From assembly GCA_965279525.1 (NCBI GenBank), contig CBDIIB010000005.1, positions 32,001 to 96,000 of the forward strand: DNA of 64,000 nucleotides. The letters run 5' to 3'. The position numbers and the translations under genes were made by a program. Shown here in pieces: positions 10,529-23,991 of this stretch (positions are counted from its first letter, which is position 1; each line of letters opens with the position of its first letter). The DNA is from Tagaea sp. (GTDB lineage: Bacteria; Pseudomonadota; Alphaproteobacteria; CACIAM-22H2). The notes under the pieces are model-generated. The model did no database searches. It was not told where the DNA came from and saw only the letters and a list, made by a program, of their open reading frames with translations.

Positions 10529-11970
10529 GTGCGGCACTCTGGACCGCCGACGAGGCGATGAAGGCGACGGCCGGCCGTCTCGCCGGTCCGGCCGCGTGGG
10601 CGGCGACGGGCATTTCGATCGACACGCGCACGCTCGAACCTGGCGACCTGTTCGTGGCGCTGAAGGGCGAGGCGAACGACGGCCACGCGCATGTCGCCAC
10701 AGCTTTCTCCAAGGGTGCCGCCGCGGCACTCGTCGACAATGCGGCACCCGGCCCCTGCCTCGTGGTGTCCGACACGCTCAAGGGTGTCGCCGATCTGGGC
10801 CGGGCCGCACGCGCGCGCGCCGACGTGCGCGCCCTCGCCGTCACCGGCTCGATCGGCAAGACGAGCACCAAGGAAGCGCTGGCCCACGCGCTGCAGCGCC
10901 AGGCCCCCACGCACGCCGCGCGCGCCTCGTTCAACAACCATATCGGCGTGCCGGTCACGCTCGCGCGCATGCCGCGCGACACGGTCTATGGCGTCTTCGA
11001 GGTCGGCATGAACCATGCGGGCGAGATCGCGCCCCTCGCCGCCATGATCCGGCCGGAAGTGGCGCTCGTCACGACCGTCGAGGCCGTGCACACCGAAAAC
11101 TTCCCCGACGGGATCGCCGGCGTGGCCGCCGCCAAGGCCGAGATCTTCTCCGCCGGCGGCCCGTTCGCGCACGGCAACCCGGGCACGGCCGTGCTGCCGG
11201 CCGACAGCGAATTCCACGATTTCCTCGCGACACGCGCGAAGGCCGCCGGCTGGGGCCGCACGATGTCCTTCGGCACGAAGGCAGGATCCGACGCGCGCCT
11301 CGTCGACTGGACGGGCGACGCGACGCGCGGCCACGCGCGCGTCGAACTCCTCGGCCGCACGCTGGAATTCGAGATCGGCGCACCGGGCCGCCACTGGGCG
11401 ATGAACCTGGCGGGCGCCCTTCTCGCGATCGCGGCACTGGGTGCCGACACGCAAGCCGCCGCCGACTCGTTCGCGACGGTCGCCGTACCCAAGGGCCGCG
11501 GCCAGCGCCACACGGTCGCGCTGCCCGACGGCGGCACGTTCCTGCTGATCGACGACAGCTACAACGCCTCGCCGCCCGCCATGCGCGCGGCTTTCGCCGT
11601 GCTTGCCGGCGCGGTGCTTCCCGCCGGCGGCCGGCGGATCGCCGTGCTCGGCGACATGCTGGAACTCGGCCCCCAGGCCGTCGCGATGCACGAATCGCTG
11701 GCCGAGCCGCTCGAAGCCAACCGGATCGATCGCGTCCATTGCTGCGGTCCCAACATGCGCCGCCTCCACGAACGCCTGCCCGCAGCGATGCGCGGTGTGT
11801 GGGCGAAGGATTCGGCTGCCCTCGAACCGGCGGTGCTCGCCGACATGCGCGCGGGCGACGCGGTCACGGTCAAGGGATCGCTCGGCAGCAAGATGGGCCG
11901 CATCGTCGAAGCGCTGCGCGCCCTCGGACAATCCCACACGCAAGGCCGCAAGGCCGCGGGCGAGAGGTAA
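10525..11970 (+). CDS. murF: UDP-MurNAc-pentapeptide ligase
   Basis: VTGSIGKT, NNHIGVP, DDSYNASP, GDMLELG. Confidence 0.96.
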   Translation: MSAALWTADEAMKATAGRLAGPAAWAATGISIDTRTLEPGDLFVALKGEANDGHAHVATAFSKGAAAALVDNAAPGPCLVVSDTLKGVADLGRAARARADVRALAVTGSIGKTSTKEALAHALQRQAPTHAARASFNNHIGVPVTLARMPRDTVYGVFEVGMNHAGEIAPLAAMIRPEVALVTTVEAVHTENFPDGIAGVAAAKAEIFSAGGPFAHGNPGTAVLPADSEFHDFLATRAKAAGWGRTMSFGTKAGSDARLVDWTGDATRGHARVELLGRTLEFEIGAPGRHWAMNLAGALLAIAALGADTQAAADSFATVAVPKGRGQRHTVALPDGGTFLLIDDSYNASPPAMRAAFAVLAGAVLPAGGRRIAVLGDMLELGPQAVAMHESLAEPLEANRIDRVHCCGPNMRRLHERLPAAMRGVWAKDSAALEPAVLADMRAGDAVTVKGSLGSKMGRIVEALRALGQSHTQGRKAAGER

Positions 11971-11979
11971 AGGCAAGCG

Positions 11980-13065
11980 ATGTTCTACAACCTCCTCGTC
12001 CCGCTCGCCGACAGCTTCGCGCCGTTCAACGTGTTCCGCTACATCACGTTCCGTTCGGGCGGAGCCGTGATGACGGCGCTGCTGATCGCCTTCCTGTTCG
12101 GCGAGAGCGTCATCGGCTGGCTCAAGTCCAAGCAGCCCGAGCCGCCGATCCGCGCCGACACGCCCGAACGCCACGCGCTGACCAAGAAGGGCACGCCCAC
12201 GATGGGCGGCGTGCTGATCCTGCTGTCGCTGGGCGTCTCGACGCTGCTGTGGGCGGACCTGCGCAACGGCTATGTGTGGGCCGTGCTGACCGTCACGCTC
12301 GGGTTCGGCGCCGTCGGTTTCTACGACGACTACCTGAAGCTGACGAAGAAGAACTCGAAGGGTCTTGCCGGGCGCTGGAAGCTCGTCTTCCAGACGCTGA
12401 TCTCGCTGCTGGCGACCGCGTGGATCGTCTACCTGACGCGCGAGCCCCTTTCCACCCAGGTCGCCGTGCCGTTCTTCAAGGACCTGCTGCTCGATTTCGG
12501 CCTGTTCTTCTTCCCCTTCGCGATCTTCGTCATGGTCGGCTCGTCCAACGCGGTCAACCTCACAGACGGGCTCGACGGGCTCGCGATCGTGCCGGTGATG
12601 ATCGCGGCGGGCTGCTTCGCGGCCTTCGCCTATGTCGCGGGCAACGCGATCTTCGCCAACTACCTGCTGATCCACCACGTGCCCGGTGCGGGCGAGCTTG
12701 CGGTCGTGTGCGCGGCCATCGTCGGCGCCTCGCTCGGGTTCCTGTGGTTCAACGCGCCGCCGGCCATGGTGTTCATGGGCGACACCGGCTCGCTGTCGAT
12801 GGGCGGAGCGCTGGGTGCGGTCGCCGTCGTGACCAAGAACGAGTTCACGCTCGCCATCGTCGGCGGGCTGTTCGTGGTCGAGGCGGTCTCGGTCATCGTG
12901 CAGGTCGCGTCGTTCAAGCTCACCGGCAAGCGCATCTTCCTGATGGCGCCGCTGCACCACCATTTCGAGAAGATGGGCTGGGCCGAACCGACCATCGTGA
13001 TCCGTTTCTGGATCATCGCTTCCATCCTGGCGCTCGCGGGTCTCGCGACGCTGAAGCTGCGGTGA
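11980..13065 (+). CDS. mraY: Phospho-MurNAc-pentapeptide transferase
   Basis: [36 protein letters not shown]. Confidence 0.98.
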   Translation: MFYNLLVPLADSFAPFNVFRYITFRSGGAVMTALLIAFLFGESVIGWLKSKQPEPPIRADTPERHALTKKGTPTMGGVLILLSLGVSTLLWADLRNGYVWAVLTVTLGFGAVGFYDDYLKLTKKNSKGLAGRWKLVFQTLISLLATAWIVYLTREPLSTQVAVPFFKDLLLDFGLFFFPFAIFVMVGSSNAVNLTDGLDGLAIVPVMIAAGCFAAFAYVAGNAIFANYLLIHHVPGAGELAVVCAAIVGASLGFLWFNAPPAMVFMGDTGSLSMGGALGAVAVVTKNEFTLAIVGGLFVVEAVSVIVQVASFKLTGKRIFLMAPLHHHFEKMGWAEPTIVIRFWIIASILALAGLATLKLR

Positions 13066-13069
13066 CGGG

Positions 13070-14449
13070 ATGATCGACGTCTATCCCTTCCACGGATTTC
13101 CGGTCGCGGTGCTCGGCCTCGGCAAGTCGGGTCTGCCGACGGCTTTGGCTCTGGCCGCGTCGGGCGCCGAGGTGTGGGCATGGGACGACAGCGAGGACCG
13201 GCGCGCGGAAGCGCGTGCCGCCGGCGTCAATCTCGTCGACCTGCATGCAGCCGACTTGCGCGAACTCACCACGCTGGTGCTGTCGCCCGGCATCCCGCAC
13301 ACGCATCCGGCACCGCACGCCGTCGTCACACACGCGCGCGCGGCCGGCCTCGAGATCGTCTGCGACGTCGACCTCTTGTTCCGCACGCAGCGCGAGGCGG
13401 CCTATGTCGGCATCACCGGCACCAACGGCAAATCGACGACGACGGCCCTGATCGGCCACGTGCTGAAGCACGCCAAGCGCCGCGTCGAGATCGGCGGCAA
13501 CATCGGCACGGCGGCCCTGTCGCTCGAGCCGCTCGCCGACGGCGGCACCTATGTGGTCGAGATGTCGAGCTACCAGCTCGAGCTTTCGCCCACTTCCGTG
13601 TGGGACGTGGCCGTGCTGCTCAACGTCTCGCCCGACCATCTCGACCGCCACGGCGGCATGGACGGCTATGTCGCGGCCAAGCGCAACATCTTCCAGCGCC
13701 AGACGCGCCCGCGCGCCGCGATCGTCGGCGTGGACGACGCGATCTCGGCCGGCATCCACGCGGATCTCGCGCGCGCCGACGACCAGACGGTGATCGCGAT
13801 CTCCGGTTCCAAGCGCCTGACGCGCGGCGTCTACGTCGCCGAAGGCATCCTGTACGACGCGCGCGACGGCAAGCCGGTCGCGATCCGCGACCTTTCCGAT
13901 TGCCTGACGCTGCCCGGTGCCCACAACCACCAGAACGCGGCGGCCGCCGCCGCCGTGGCGCTGCAGATCGGCATCGCACCAGCCAAGATCAGCGAAGCGC
14001 TGGCGACATATCCGGGCCTTGCCCACCGGCAGGAACGCATCGCCACGCTCGACGGCGTGCTGTTCGTCAACGACAGCAAGGCGACCAACGCCGACGCCGC
14101 TGCCCGGGCCCTTGGCTGCTACGACAAGATCCAGTGGATCGCGGGCGGTCAGGCCAAGGAAGGCGGCATCGAAAGCCTCCGTCCGTATTTCCCGCGCGTG
14201 GCGCACGCCTGGCTGATCGGCGAGGCGGCGAACGAATTCGCGCGCACGCTGGGCGACGTGCCCCACACGCTGGCGGTCGATCTTGCGACCGCCGTGCGCG
14301 GTGCATTCGCCACCGCGAAGCCCGGCTCGGTCGTGCTGCTGTCGCCGGCCTGCGCTTCGTGGGACCAGTTCAAGAGCTTCGAGCATCGCGGCGAGACGTT
14401 CCGCGGCCTCGTGGCCGGGCTCTCGGGCAGCGAGGGGTTGGCGGCATGA
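13070..14449 (+). CDS. murD: UDP-MurNAc-L-Ala:D-Glu ligase
   Basis: ITGTNGKST, DHLDRH, NDSKATN, SPACASWDQF. Confidence 0.97.
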   Translation: MIDVYPFHGFPVAVLGLGKSGLPTALALAASGAEVWAWDDSEDRRAEARAAGVNLVDLHAADLRELTTLVLSPGIPHTHPAPHAVVTHARAAGLEIVCDVDLLFRTQREAAYVGITGTNGKSTTTALIGHVLKHAKRRVEIGGNIGTAALSLEPLADGGTYVVEMSSYQLELSPTSVWDVAVLLNVSPDHLDRHGGMDGYVAAKRNIFQRQTRPRAAIVGVDDAISAGIHADLARADDQTVIAISGSKRLTRGVYVAEGILYDARDGKPVAIRDLSDCLTLPGAHNHQNAAAAAAVALQIGIAPAKISEALATYPGLAHRQERIATLDGVLFVNDSKATNADAAARALGCYDKIQWIAGGQAKEGGIESLRPYFPRVAHAWLIGEAANEFARTLGDVPHTLAVDLATAVRGAFATAKPGSVVLLSPACASWDQFKSFEHRGETFRGLVAGLSGSEGLAA

Positions 14450-15567
14450 GCTTCTCGCGCACCGACAATTCGGTCATGGCCCGCTGGTGGTGGACGGTCG
14501 ACAGGTGGCTGCTCGTGGCGCTTGCCCTGCTCATCGGCCTGGGTGCCGTGATGATCATGGCCGCCTCGCCGGCTGTCGCCTCGCGCGTGGGCCTGAACTC
14601 GTTCCACTTCGTCAGCAAGCAGCTCCAGATCCTTCCCGTCGCGATCCTGATCATGCTCGGCGTGTCGATGCTCGACCCGCGCCAGGTGCGCGGGCTCGCA
14701 CTCGCCGGCTTCATCGGTGCTGCCGTGCTGCTGTGCCTCACCTTCGCGATCGGCATGGAGATCAAGGGTGCCAAGCGCTGGATCAGCCTGCCGGGCATGT
14801 CGCTGCAGCCGTCCGAGTTCGTGAAGCCGACGCTCGCCGTCGTCTCGGCCTGGCTCTTCGCGCTCGCGCGCAAGAAGGAAGGCTTCCCGGGCGACGCGAT
14901 CGCGATCCTCGCCTACGGCGGCACGATGGCGCTCTTGCTGCTGCAGCCGGACATCGGCATGGCGTTCGTGGTGTCGGCGGTGTGGTTCGCGCAGTATTTC
15001 CTGGCCGGCCTTCGCGTGCTGTGGGTCGTGGTCCTGGCGGCCGCGGGCGGCGGGGCGGCGGTGCTGCTCTATCTGACGTTCCCGCATTTCACGAGCCGCG
15101 TGAACCGCTTCCTCGATCCGGCATCGGGCGACACCTACCAGATCAACACGGCGATGGAAGCCTTCGTGAATGGCGGCCTGCTCGGGCGCGGCCCCGGCGA
15201 AGGTACGGTCAAGTCCTCGCTGCCCGACGCGCACTCGGATTTCATCTTCGCGGTCGCGGCCGAGGAATTCGGCCTGATCCTGTGCCTCGTCGTCGTGGCC
15301 CTCTACGCCTTCGTCGTGCTGCGCGGCTTCGCGCGCGCATTGCAGGAGACCGACCTGTTCTCGCTGCTCGCGATCGCGGGCCTGTGCGTCCAGTTCGGCG
15401 TGCAGGCGCTCGTCAACATGGGTTCCACGCTGCACCTGATCCCGACCAAGGGCATGACGCTGCCCTTCGTCAGCTACGGCGGCTCGTCGCTGCTGGCGAT
15501 CGCACTCGGCATGGGTTTCGTGCTCGCACTCAGCCGCAAGCGCTTCGGTGCGGGAGAAACGCTATGA
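14446..15567 (+). CDS. ftsW: SEDS peptidoglycan polymerase FtsW
   Basis: [33 protein letters not shown]. Confidence 0.96.
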   Translation: MSFSRTDNSVMARWWWTVDRWLLVALALLIGLGAVMIMAASPAVASRVGLNSFHFVSKQLQILPVAILIMLGVSMLDPRQVRGLALAGFIGAAVLLCLTFAIGMEIKGAKRWISLPGMSLQPSEFVKPTLAVVSAWLFALARKKEGFPGDAIAILAYGGTMALLLLQPDIGMAFVVSAVWFAQYFLAGLRVLWVVVLAAAGGGAAVLLYLTFPHFTSRVNRFLDPASGDTYQINTAMEAFVNGGLLGRGPGEGTVKSSLPDAHSDFIFAVAAEEFGLILCLVVVALYAFVVLRGFARALQETDLFSLLAIAGLCVQFGVQALVNMGSTLHLIPTKGMTLPFVSYGGSSLLAIALGMGFVLALSRKRFGAGETL

Positions 15568-16645
15568 GCGCCCCGCTCGTGATCCTCGCGGCCGGCGGGA
15601 CCGGCGGCCACGTGTTCCCGGCGGAAGCGCTGGCGGGTTCGCTTGCCGCGCGCGGCTTCCGCCTTGCCCTCGTCACCGACGACCGGGGGACCCGCTATGG
15701 CGGGCGCCTCGGCACGCTCGACACGCACCGCCTGCCGATCCGCAAGATGACCGGCGGCATCGTGCGCCGCTTCATCGGGGCGCTCAGCCTGGTGCCGGGC
15801 TATCTCGCCGCGCGCGCACTTCTCGGGCGCCTGAAGCCTGCCGCCGTCGTCGGCTTCGGCGGCTATCCGAGCCTGCCGACCGTCGCCGCCGCACGCCACC
15901 GTTTCCGTACCGCGATCCACGAGCAGAACGCCGTGCTGGGCCGCGTCAACCGGCTCGTCGCCGGCCACGTCGACGCGATCGCCACGTCGTTCGCCGACAC
16001 CCACGGGGTCGACGCGAAGGCCACGCTCGTCGGCAATCCGGTGCGCGCCAACGTCGCGGCGCTGCGCGACACACCCTTCGTCCTGCCGCAACCCGGCGGC
16101 ACGCTGCGCGTGCTGGTGACCGGCGGCAGCCAGGGGGCCGCTGTCTTCGGGCGCGTGCTGCCCGCGGCGATCGCCCTGCTTTCGCCCGCACAGCGCGCGC
16201 GCGTCGCCATCGTCCAGCAGTCGCGCCAGGAAGACGCCGAGACGGTGCGCACGAGCTACCGCACGCTGGGTTTCGCCGCGGAGGTGGAGCCGTTCTTCGC
16301 CGACCTGCCGCAGCGCATCGCCGCCGCCCATCTCGTGATCGCGCGCGCGGGGGCTTCGACCGTCGCCGAGCTTGCCTGCATCGGCCGGCCCTCGCTGCTG
16401 GTACCCCTGCCGACGGCCACCGACGACCACCAGACCGCCAATGCGCGCGCACTCGCGGCCGCCGGCGGCACTTGGCTCGTCCCCGAGCCGGAATTCACGC
16501 CCGCCGATCTCGCGGCACGCCTGGCCGCACTCATCGACGACCCGGCCCCGCTCGCTTCCCTCGCGGCGGGTGCGCATTCCTTCGGCCGGCCCGACGCTGT
16601 CGACCGGCTCGCGGATCTCGTCCAGCACCTCGCGGAGGGCAAAGC

Positions 16646-16649
<4 letters not shown>
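15564..16649 (+). CDS. murG: Lipid II GlcNAc transferase
   Basis: [27 protein letters not shown]. Confidence 0.97.
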
Positions 16650-18054
<1,405 letters not shown>

Positions 18055-18058
<4 letters not shown>

Positions 18059-18984
18059 TGGTCGAGACCCGTTCCTTGCGTCTTGTCGACCGGCTGCCGA
18101 AGGTCCGCGGGACCTATCGGGCGAACGCCAGCCTTGGCCAGTACACGTGGTTCCGCGTCGGCGGCCCGGCCGAAGTGCTGTTCCGCCCGGCCGACGAGGC
18201 TGATCTTGCCGTCTTCCTCGCCGGCAAGCCCGCCGACGTGCCGGTCACGGTGATGGGCGTGGGCTCCAACCTTCTCGTGCGCGACGGCGGCGTGCCCGGC
18301 GTGACGATCCGGCTCGGCAAGGGCTTCGCCGGAATCACGCATGACGGGCGCATCCTGCGCGCCGGTGCCGCTTGCCTCGATCTCAACGTCGCCCTGCAGG
18401 CGCGCGACTGGGGCCTTGCCGGCCTCGAGTTCCTGTCGGGCATTCCCGGCACGATCGGCGGGGCCTTGCGCATGAATGCCGGCGCCTACGGCAGCGAGAT
18501 GAAGGACGTGACGCTCGCCGCCGAAGCGCTCGACGCCAAGGGCGAGCGCCAGTACGTGACCAACGGCGCCTTGTGCTTCGGCTACCGCCACACCGGCATG
18601 CCCGCCGACTGGATCTTCGTTGCGGCCGAACTCAAGACCGCGACGGGCACGCAAGAAGCGATCGGTGCCCGCATGCTCGACATCCAGTCGAAGCGCGAGA
18701 CGACCCAGCCCGTGCGCGCGCGCACCGGCGGATCGACCTTCGCCAATCCCGACGGGGCGAAAGCCTGGGAGCTGATCGATGCCGCCGGCTGCCGCGGCCT
18801 TACGCGCGGCGGCGCGATTGTTTCGGAAAAGCACTGCAACTTCCTGATCAACACGGGCGAGGCGACCGCCGCCGATCTCGAGGATCTGGGCGAAGACGTG
18901 CGCGCGCGCGTCAACGCGAAATTCGGCGTCGATCTCAAGTGGGAGATCAAGCGCATCGGCATCCGGCTGGAGGCTGGCCAATGA
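18055..18984 (+). CDS. murB: UDP-N-acetylmuramate dehydrogenase
   Basis: [32 protein letters not shown]. Confidence 0.96.
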
Positions 18985-19928
18985 CCCGCGTTCTCGTGCT
19001 GATGGGCGGCCTTTCGAGCGAGCGCGAAGTCAGCCTCGTGTCGGGGCGCGAGTGCGCCGCCGCCCTGCGCGCCAAGGGCTACGACGTTGCCGAGCACGAT
19101 TTCCGTTCGCTCGAAGGGCTGGTCGCCGCGCTGGCCGAAAAGCCCGACGCGGTCTTCAACGCTCTGCACGGCCGCTATGCCGAGGACGGCACGATCCAGG
19201 GCGTGCTCGACCTCGCGCGCGTTCCCTATACGCATTCGGGCCTGCTCGCCTCGGCAATGGCGATGGACAAACCGATCGCGCGCAGGCTTTTCGCCGCGCA
19301 CGGCCTGGCGGTGGCGCAGGGCGGCGTTTTCCACCGCGACGACGTGCTCGCCGGTCGCGCGATGGCCGTTCCGTTCGTGATGAAGCCGACCAACGAAGGC
19401 TCGTCGGTCGGCGTGAAGATCGTGCTGGAGAAATCCGATCTCGAAGCGCTCGCGTCCGAGCCCTGGGAATTTGACGACGAGGTGCTGGTCGAGCGCTACG
19501 TGCCGGGGCGCGAGCTGACGGTCGCCGTCCTCGGCGCCAACGGCTCGGCCAAGGCGCTGGGCGTGCTGGAGATCCGCCCCAACAACGGCTTTTACGACTA
19601 TGCCGCCAAATACACCGACGGCAAGGCGATCCATCTTTGCCCGGCGCCCATCGACGCGCGCGCCTACGCGCAGGCGATGGAGATGGCGCTCGAGGCGCAT
19701 CGTGCGCTCGGCTGCCGCGGCGTGAGCCGCGCCGACATCCGCTACGACGACACGCGCGGCGAACCGGGCGAACTGTGCCTGCTCGAGGTCAACACGCAAC
19801 CCGGCATGACGCCGCTGTCGCTGGTCCCCGAGATCGCCGCCGCCACCGGCATGAACTTCCCCGACCTGTGCGCCTGGCTCGTCGAGCATGCGCGCCACGA
19901 CGGGCCTGCACCCAAGGTGTCCGAATGA
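18981..19928 (+). CDS. ddl: D-alanine--D-alanine ligase
   Basis: GGLSSEREVS, LHGRYAEDG, EVNTQPGMT. Confidence 0.96.
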   Translation: MTRVLVLMGGLSSEREVSLVSGRECAAALRAKGYDVAEHDFRSLEGLVAALAEKPDAVFNALHGRYAEDGTIQGVLDLARVPYTHSGLLASAMAMDKPIARRLFAAHGLAVAQGGVFHRDDVLAGRAMAVPFVMKPTNEGSSVGVKIVLEKSDLEALASEPWEFDDEVLVERYVPGRELTVAVLGANGSAKALGVLEIRPNNGFYDYAAKYTDGKAIHLCPAPIDARAYAQAMEMALEAHRALGCRGVSRADIRYDDTRGEPGELCLLEVNTQPGMTPLSLVPEIAAATGMNFPDLCAWLVEHARHDGPAPKVSE

Positions 19929-20815
19929 TGCTGCGCCGCTCCAAATCGAAGAAGCCCGCGCGCCGGTTCGGCTGGCGACGCATCGCGTCGTTCCGCCCGT
20001 CGGCGCGCGCGATGAAGCTTTCGCTCGCCCTCGTCCTCGCCGCCTCGCTTGGCGGCGGCGGCTGGTGGGCATGGACGCACGGTGCGGCGGACCAGCTCGA
20101 AGACCTGCGCGTGGATGCCGGGCGCGGCGCCCTCGACTTCAGCGCGCGTCTGGGCCTTGTCGTGCGCGACATCCGCATCGAAGGCCGCGTGCAGACCGAT
20201 CCGCGCGACGTGCGCGCGGTGCTGGACGCGCGCCGCGGCTCGCCGATTCTCGCCTTCGATCCCTATGCGGCGAAGGCCGAGCTCGAGAAGCTTCCGTGGG
20301 TCTACAGCGCCACCGTCGAGCGCCGCCTGCCCGACACGATCCTCGTGCAGATCGACGAGCGCGTGCCGCTGGCCTTGTGGCAGCGCCAGGGCCGCTTCTC
20401 GCTGATCGATTCGCAAGGCAAGGAAATCCCCGGCACCGATCCCGCGCGCTTCGCCGACCGCCCCATCGTCGTTGGCGACGATGCACCCGAGCACGCCGGC
20501 GCCTTGATCGCCCTGCTGGAAACCGAGCCCGCGATGATGGCGCGCGTCGCCGCCGCCGTGCGCGTGGGCGGACGGCGCTGGAACCTGCGGCTCGACAACG
20601 GCGTGGACGTCAACCTGCCCGAAGCCAATCCGGGTGCGGCCTACGAACGGCTCGCCCAGCTCGCGCGCGACAACGGCCTCATCGACCGCAATCTCGTCGC
20701 GGTCGACCTTCGCCTGCCCGACCGCCTGATCCTGCGCGTCGGCCGCGAACAGCCCACGGCCATCCCGACACAGACGGCGCCGCTTCCGGCGCGCCGCCCC
20801 AACAAGCCGACCTGA
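19925..20815 (+). CDS. ftsQ: Cell division protein FtsQ
   Basis: TM segment, POTRA-like LPWV..ATVERRLP, VDLRLPDR. Confidence 0.9.
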   Translation: MMLRRSKSKKPARRFGWRRIASFRPSARAMKLSLALVLAASLGGGGWWAWTHGAADQLEDLRVDAGRGALDFSARLGLVVRDIRIEGRVQTDPRDVRAVLDARRGSPILAFDPYAAKAELEKLPWVYSATVERRLPDTILVQIDERVPLALWQRQGRFSLIDSQGKEIPGTDPARFADRPIVVGDDAPEHAGALIALLETEPAMMARVAAAVRVGGRRWNLRLDNGVDVNLPEANPGAAYERLAQLARDNGLIDRNLVAVDLRLPDRLILRVGREQPTAIPTQTAPLPARRPNKPT

Positions 20816-20828
20816 GGAGCGACGCAGA

Positions 20829-22082
20829 GTGCGCAAGAGCAAGCGGAAATCCCGGAACGGCCTGATCGCGGCCCTCGATCTCGGCTCGACCAAGGTTGCC
20901 TGCTTCGTCGCCAAGGCCGAGCCCGACGGCTCGGCGCGCGTCGTGGGCATCGGCCACCAGATCAGCCATGGCGTGAAGGGCGGCGCGATCATCGATCTCG
21001 AGGACGCCGAGAACTCCATCCTGTCGGCCGTCTCGGCGGCCGAGCAGATGGCGGGCGAGACGCTGAAGAGCGTCGTCGTCAACCTGATCGGCGGCCATCC
21101 GCAGTCGCGCACGGTGCCGGTCGAGGTCGCGATTTCCGGCCACGAGATCGCCGAACACGACCTGCGCAAGGTGCTCGACCAGGCGCGCCAGACCCAGGGT
21201 GCCGCCGACCGGCGCCTCATCCATCAGATCCCCGTCGGCTTCACGATCGATGGCAGCCGCGGCATCCGCGATCCGCGCGGCATGTGCGGCGACCGGCTCG
21301 GCGTCAACATGCACATGCTGACGGCAGGCTCGGCGGCCGTGCGCAATCTCGAAAGCGTCGTCGCGCGCTGCCACCTGGAAGTCGAGGACGTCGTCGTGCC
21401 GGCCTATGCCGCCGGGCTCGCCTGTCTCGTCGAGGACGAGATGGACCTGGGCACCTGCGTCATCGACATGGGTGGCGGCACCACGTCCTTCGCCGTGTTC
21501 TTCGACGGGCACTGCGTCTATGCCGACACGATTTCGGTCGGTGGCGCCCACGTGACCAACGACATCGCGCGCGGGCTTTCGACGCCGCTCGCCTATGCCG
21601 AACGGATGAAAACGCTGCACGGCAGCTGCATCCCGTCGGCGGCCGACGAACGCGAGATCATCGACGTGCCGCTGGTCGGCGAGGAAGAGCACGCGCAGGC
21701 CAACCACGTGCCCAAATCGATCCTGACCGGGATCATCGCACCGCGCCTCGAAGAGACGTTCGAGATGGTGCGCCAGCGTCTCGAAGCCTCGGGCTTCGAC
21801 CGCATCGCGGGCCGGCGCGTCGTGCTGACAGGCGGCGCTTCGCAGCTCCAGGGCGTGCGCGAGCTTGCCGCCATGGTCCTCGACAAGCAGGTGCGCATGG
21901 GCAAGCCCATCCGCCTCGCCGGTCTCGCCGACCAGACCGGCGGCCCCGCCTTCGCGGCGTGCGCCGGGCTCGTCGCTTTCGCCCTCGCCAAGGGCACGGA
22001 ATCCATGCGGACCGAGGCCGCACCCGCCCAGGGTGCCGGCATGTTCGGCCGTTTCGGGATGTGGCTGAAGGAGAACCTATGA
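20829..22082 (+). CDS. ftsA: Cell division protein FtsA
   Basis: [25 protein letters not shown]-terminal amphipathic WLKENL. Confidence 0.96.
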   Translation: MRKSKRKSRNGLIAALDLGSTKVACFVAKAEPDGSARVVGIGHQISHGVKGGAIIDLEDAENSILSAVSAAEQMAGETLKSVVVNLIGGHPQSRTVPVEVAISGHEIAEHDLRKVLDQARQTQGAADRRLIHQIPVGFTIDGSRGIRDPRGMCGDRLGVNMHMLTAGSAAVRNLESVVARCHLEVEDVVVPAYAAGLACLVEDEMDLGTCVIDMGGGTTSFAVFFDGHCVYADTISVGGAHVTNDIARGLSTPLAYAERMKTLHGSCIPSAADEREIIDVPLVGEEEHAQANHVPKSILTGIIAPRLEETFEMVRQRLEASGFDRIAGRRVVLTGGASQLQGVRELAAMVLDKQVRMGKPIRLAGLADQTGGPAFAACAGLVAFALAKGTESMRTEAAPAQGAGMFGRFGMWLKENL

Positions 22083-22194
22083 CGGAAGGACCTTCGCCGC
22101 GCAACGCAAGACCACCACACCGTCTCGGCCCGCGAAAACCGGGCCACCAGATCAACCAGCTTTTCGGAACTCACAGGGATCGGAGGTAACGACC

Positions 22195-23844
22195 ATGGCC
22201 ATCACACTCGGAATCCAGCCCAGCGAACTCAAGCCGCGCATCACCGTCGTCGGTGTGGGCGGTGCCGGCGGCAATGCCGTCAACAACATGATCCGCGCCA
22301 AGCTCGAAGGCGTGGAGTTCGTCGTCGCCAACACCGACGCGCAGGCACTCGGCCAGTCGATCGCGGAACGCAAGCTCCAGCTCGGCGTGGGCGTCACGCA
22401 AGGGCTGGGTGCGGGCTCGCGTCCCGACGTCGGCCGCGTGGCGGCGGAAGAATCGATGGGCGATCTCCTGGAGCACATCCAGGGTTCGCACATGGTGTTC
22501 GTCGCCGCCGGCATGGGCGGGGGCACCGGCACCGGTGCCGCCCCGGTCATCGCGCGGGCGTGCCGCGAGCATGGCATCCTGACGGTCGGCGTGGTGACCA
22601 AGCCCTTCCACTTCGAAGGGCAGAACCGCATGCGCTTGGCCGAAGCGGGCATCGAGGAACTGCAGCAGACGGTCGACACGCTCATCATCATCCCGAACCA
22701 GAACCTGTTCCGGGTGGCCAACGAGCGCACGACCTTCGCCGACGCCTTCAAGATGGCCGACGACGTGCTGTACTCGGGCGTTCGCGGCGTCACCGACCTC
22801 ATGGTGATGCCGGGCCTCATCAATCTCGACTTCGCCGACATCCGCTCGGTGATGGGCGAGATGGGCAAGGCGATGATGGGCACGGGCGAGGCCGAGGGCG
22901 ACAACCGCGCCATCGACGCCGCCCAGAAGGCGATCTCGAACCCGCTGCTCGACGACGTGTCGATGAAGGGCGCCAAGGGCGTGCTCATCAACATCACCGG
23001 CGGCATGGACATGACGCTGTTCGAGGTCGACGAGGCGGCCAACCGCATCCGCGACGAAGTGGATCCGGAAGCCAACATCATCTTCGGTTCGACCTTCGAC
23101 GAGAGCCTCAACGGCCGCATGCGCGTGTCGGTCGTGGCCACCGGCATCGAGGCGGTCGCCGCCGCGATGCCGCTGCCCGACAAGAAGATCGTCAACATCC
23201 GGGCGACCGCGCGCCCGGCGATGCCCACGGCCCCGATGACCACGACGGCACCCGCCGCCGTGGCCGCGGCGACCGCGATCCCGCCGATGCCGGCCTATGT
23301 GCCGGCGACGGTGGCCCAGGCGGCACCCATCCAGCAGGGTGCCACCGCCCTGAAGATGGAACCGGCCCCGATGCCCGAACCCGCACCGGCACCCGCCCCG
23401 GTCGAGACGGTCGCCGAGCCGGCCCCGATCGTCGCGGCACCGGTCGCCGAGGCGTTCATCCCGCCCCGGCCGGTCGAGGTCGCGGCCCCGGCCGCCGCCC
23501 CGGCGCAGCCGGCCAACCCGTTCGCCGAGGCCGAAATGGTCAACGCGGGCAAGACGACCGCCGCCAAGCCCGCCCGTCCGGAATCGCTGTTCAAGCGGAT
23601 GATGCGGACCGGCGCCCAGCGGCCGGAGGCGGGAGCGGTCCCGCAGCCCACGCTGGTGGCACCTGTCGGCGGCATCATGCCGGCGGCGGCCGCTCCGGCA
23701 CCCGCACCGGTGCCGGCACCGGCTCCCCAGCCGGTCGTGACCCAGCCGCGTCTGGGCGGTCTCGACCCGTCGGACCGTCTCCAGACCAAGTCGGAAGACG
23801 ACCTGCTGGAAATCCCGGCGTTCCTGCGCCGCCAGGCGAACTAG
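22195..23844 (+). CDS. ftsZ: Cell division protein FtsZ with long Pro/Ala linker
   Basis: GGGTGTG signature; C-terminal [15 protein letters not shown]. Confidence 0.98.
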   Translation: MAITLGIQPSELKPRITVVGVGGAGGNAVNNMIRAKLEGVEFVVANTDAQALGQSIAERKLQLGVGVTQGLGAGSRPDVGRVAAEESMGDLLEHIQGSHMVFVAAGMGGGTGTGAAPVIARACREHGILTVGVVTKPFHFEGQNRMRLAEAGIEELQQTVDTLIIIPNQNLFRVANERTTFADAFKMADDVLYSGVRGVTDLMVMPGLINLDFADIRSVMGEMGKAMMGTGEAEGDNRAIDAAQKAISNPLLDDVSMKGAKGVLINITGGMDMTLFEVDEAANRIRDEVDPEANIIFGSTFDESLNGRMRVSVVATGIEAVAAAMPLPDKKIVNIRATARPAMPTAPMTTTAPAAVAAATAIPPMPAYVPATVAQAAPIQQGATALKMEPAPMPEPAPAPAPVETVAEPAPIVAAPVAEAFIPPRPVEVAAPAAAPAQPANPFAEAEMVNAGKTTAAKPARPESLFKRMMRTGAQRPEAGAVPQPTLVAPVGGIMPAAAAPAPAPVPAPAPQPVVTQPRLGGLDPSDRLQTKSEDDLLEIPAFLRRQAN

Positions 23845-23872
23845 AGCTGCAACAGTTCGCAACAAAAGGTGA

Positions 23873-23925
23873 CTTGAGGCTCCGGGGGTGGTCCTGTACC
23901 AACCCTCGGAGCCTCAAGGTTTTTT
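23873..23925 (+). terminator. Intrinsic terminator-like hairpin after ftsZ
   Basis: CTTGAGGCTCCG...CGGAGCCTCAAG followed by GTTTTTT. Confidence 0.7.
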
Positions 23926-23991
23926 CAGGGGAAGAAGTCGCCGCGGCCCGGCGTTGTGGTCGCAGAGTGCCTCTCCCACCGGAGTTCTGAT

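Noticed and set aside
23160-23790. Long low-complexity FtsZ insert
   Set aside because: Long C-terminal linkers are typical of alphaproteobacterial FtsZ.
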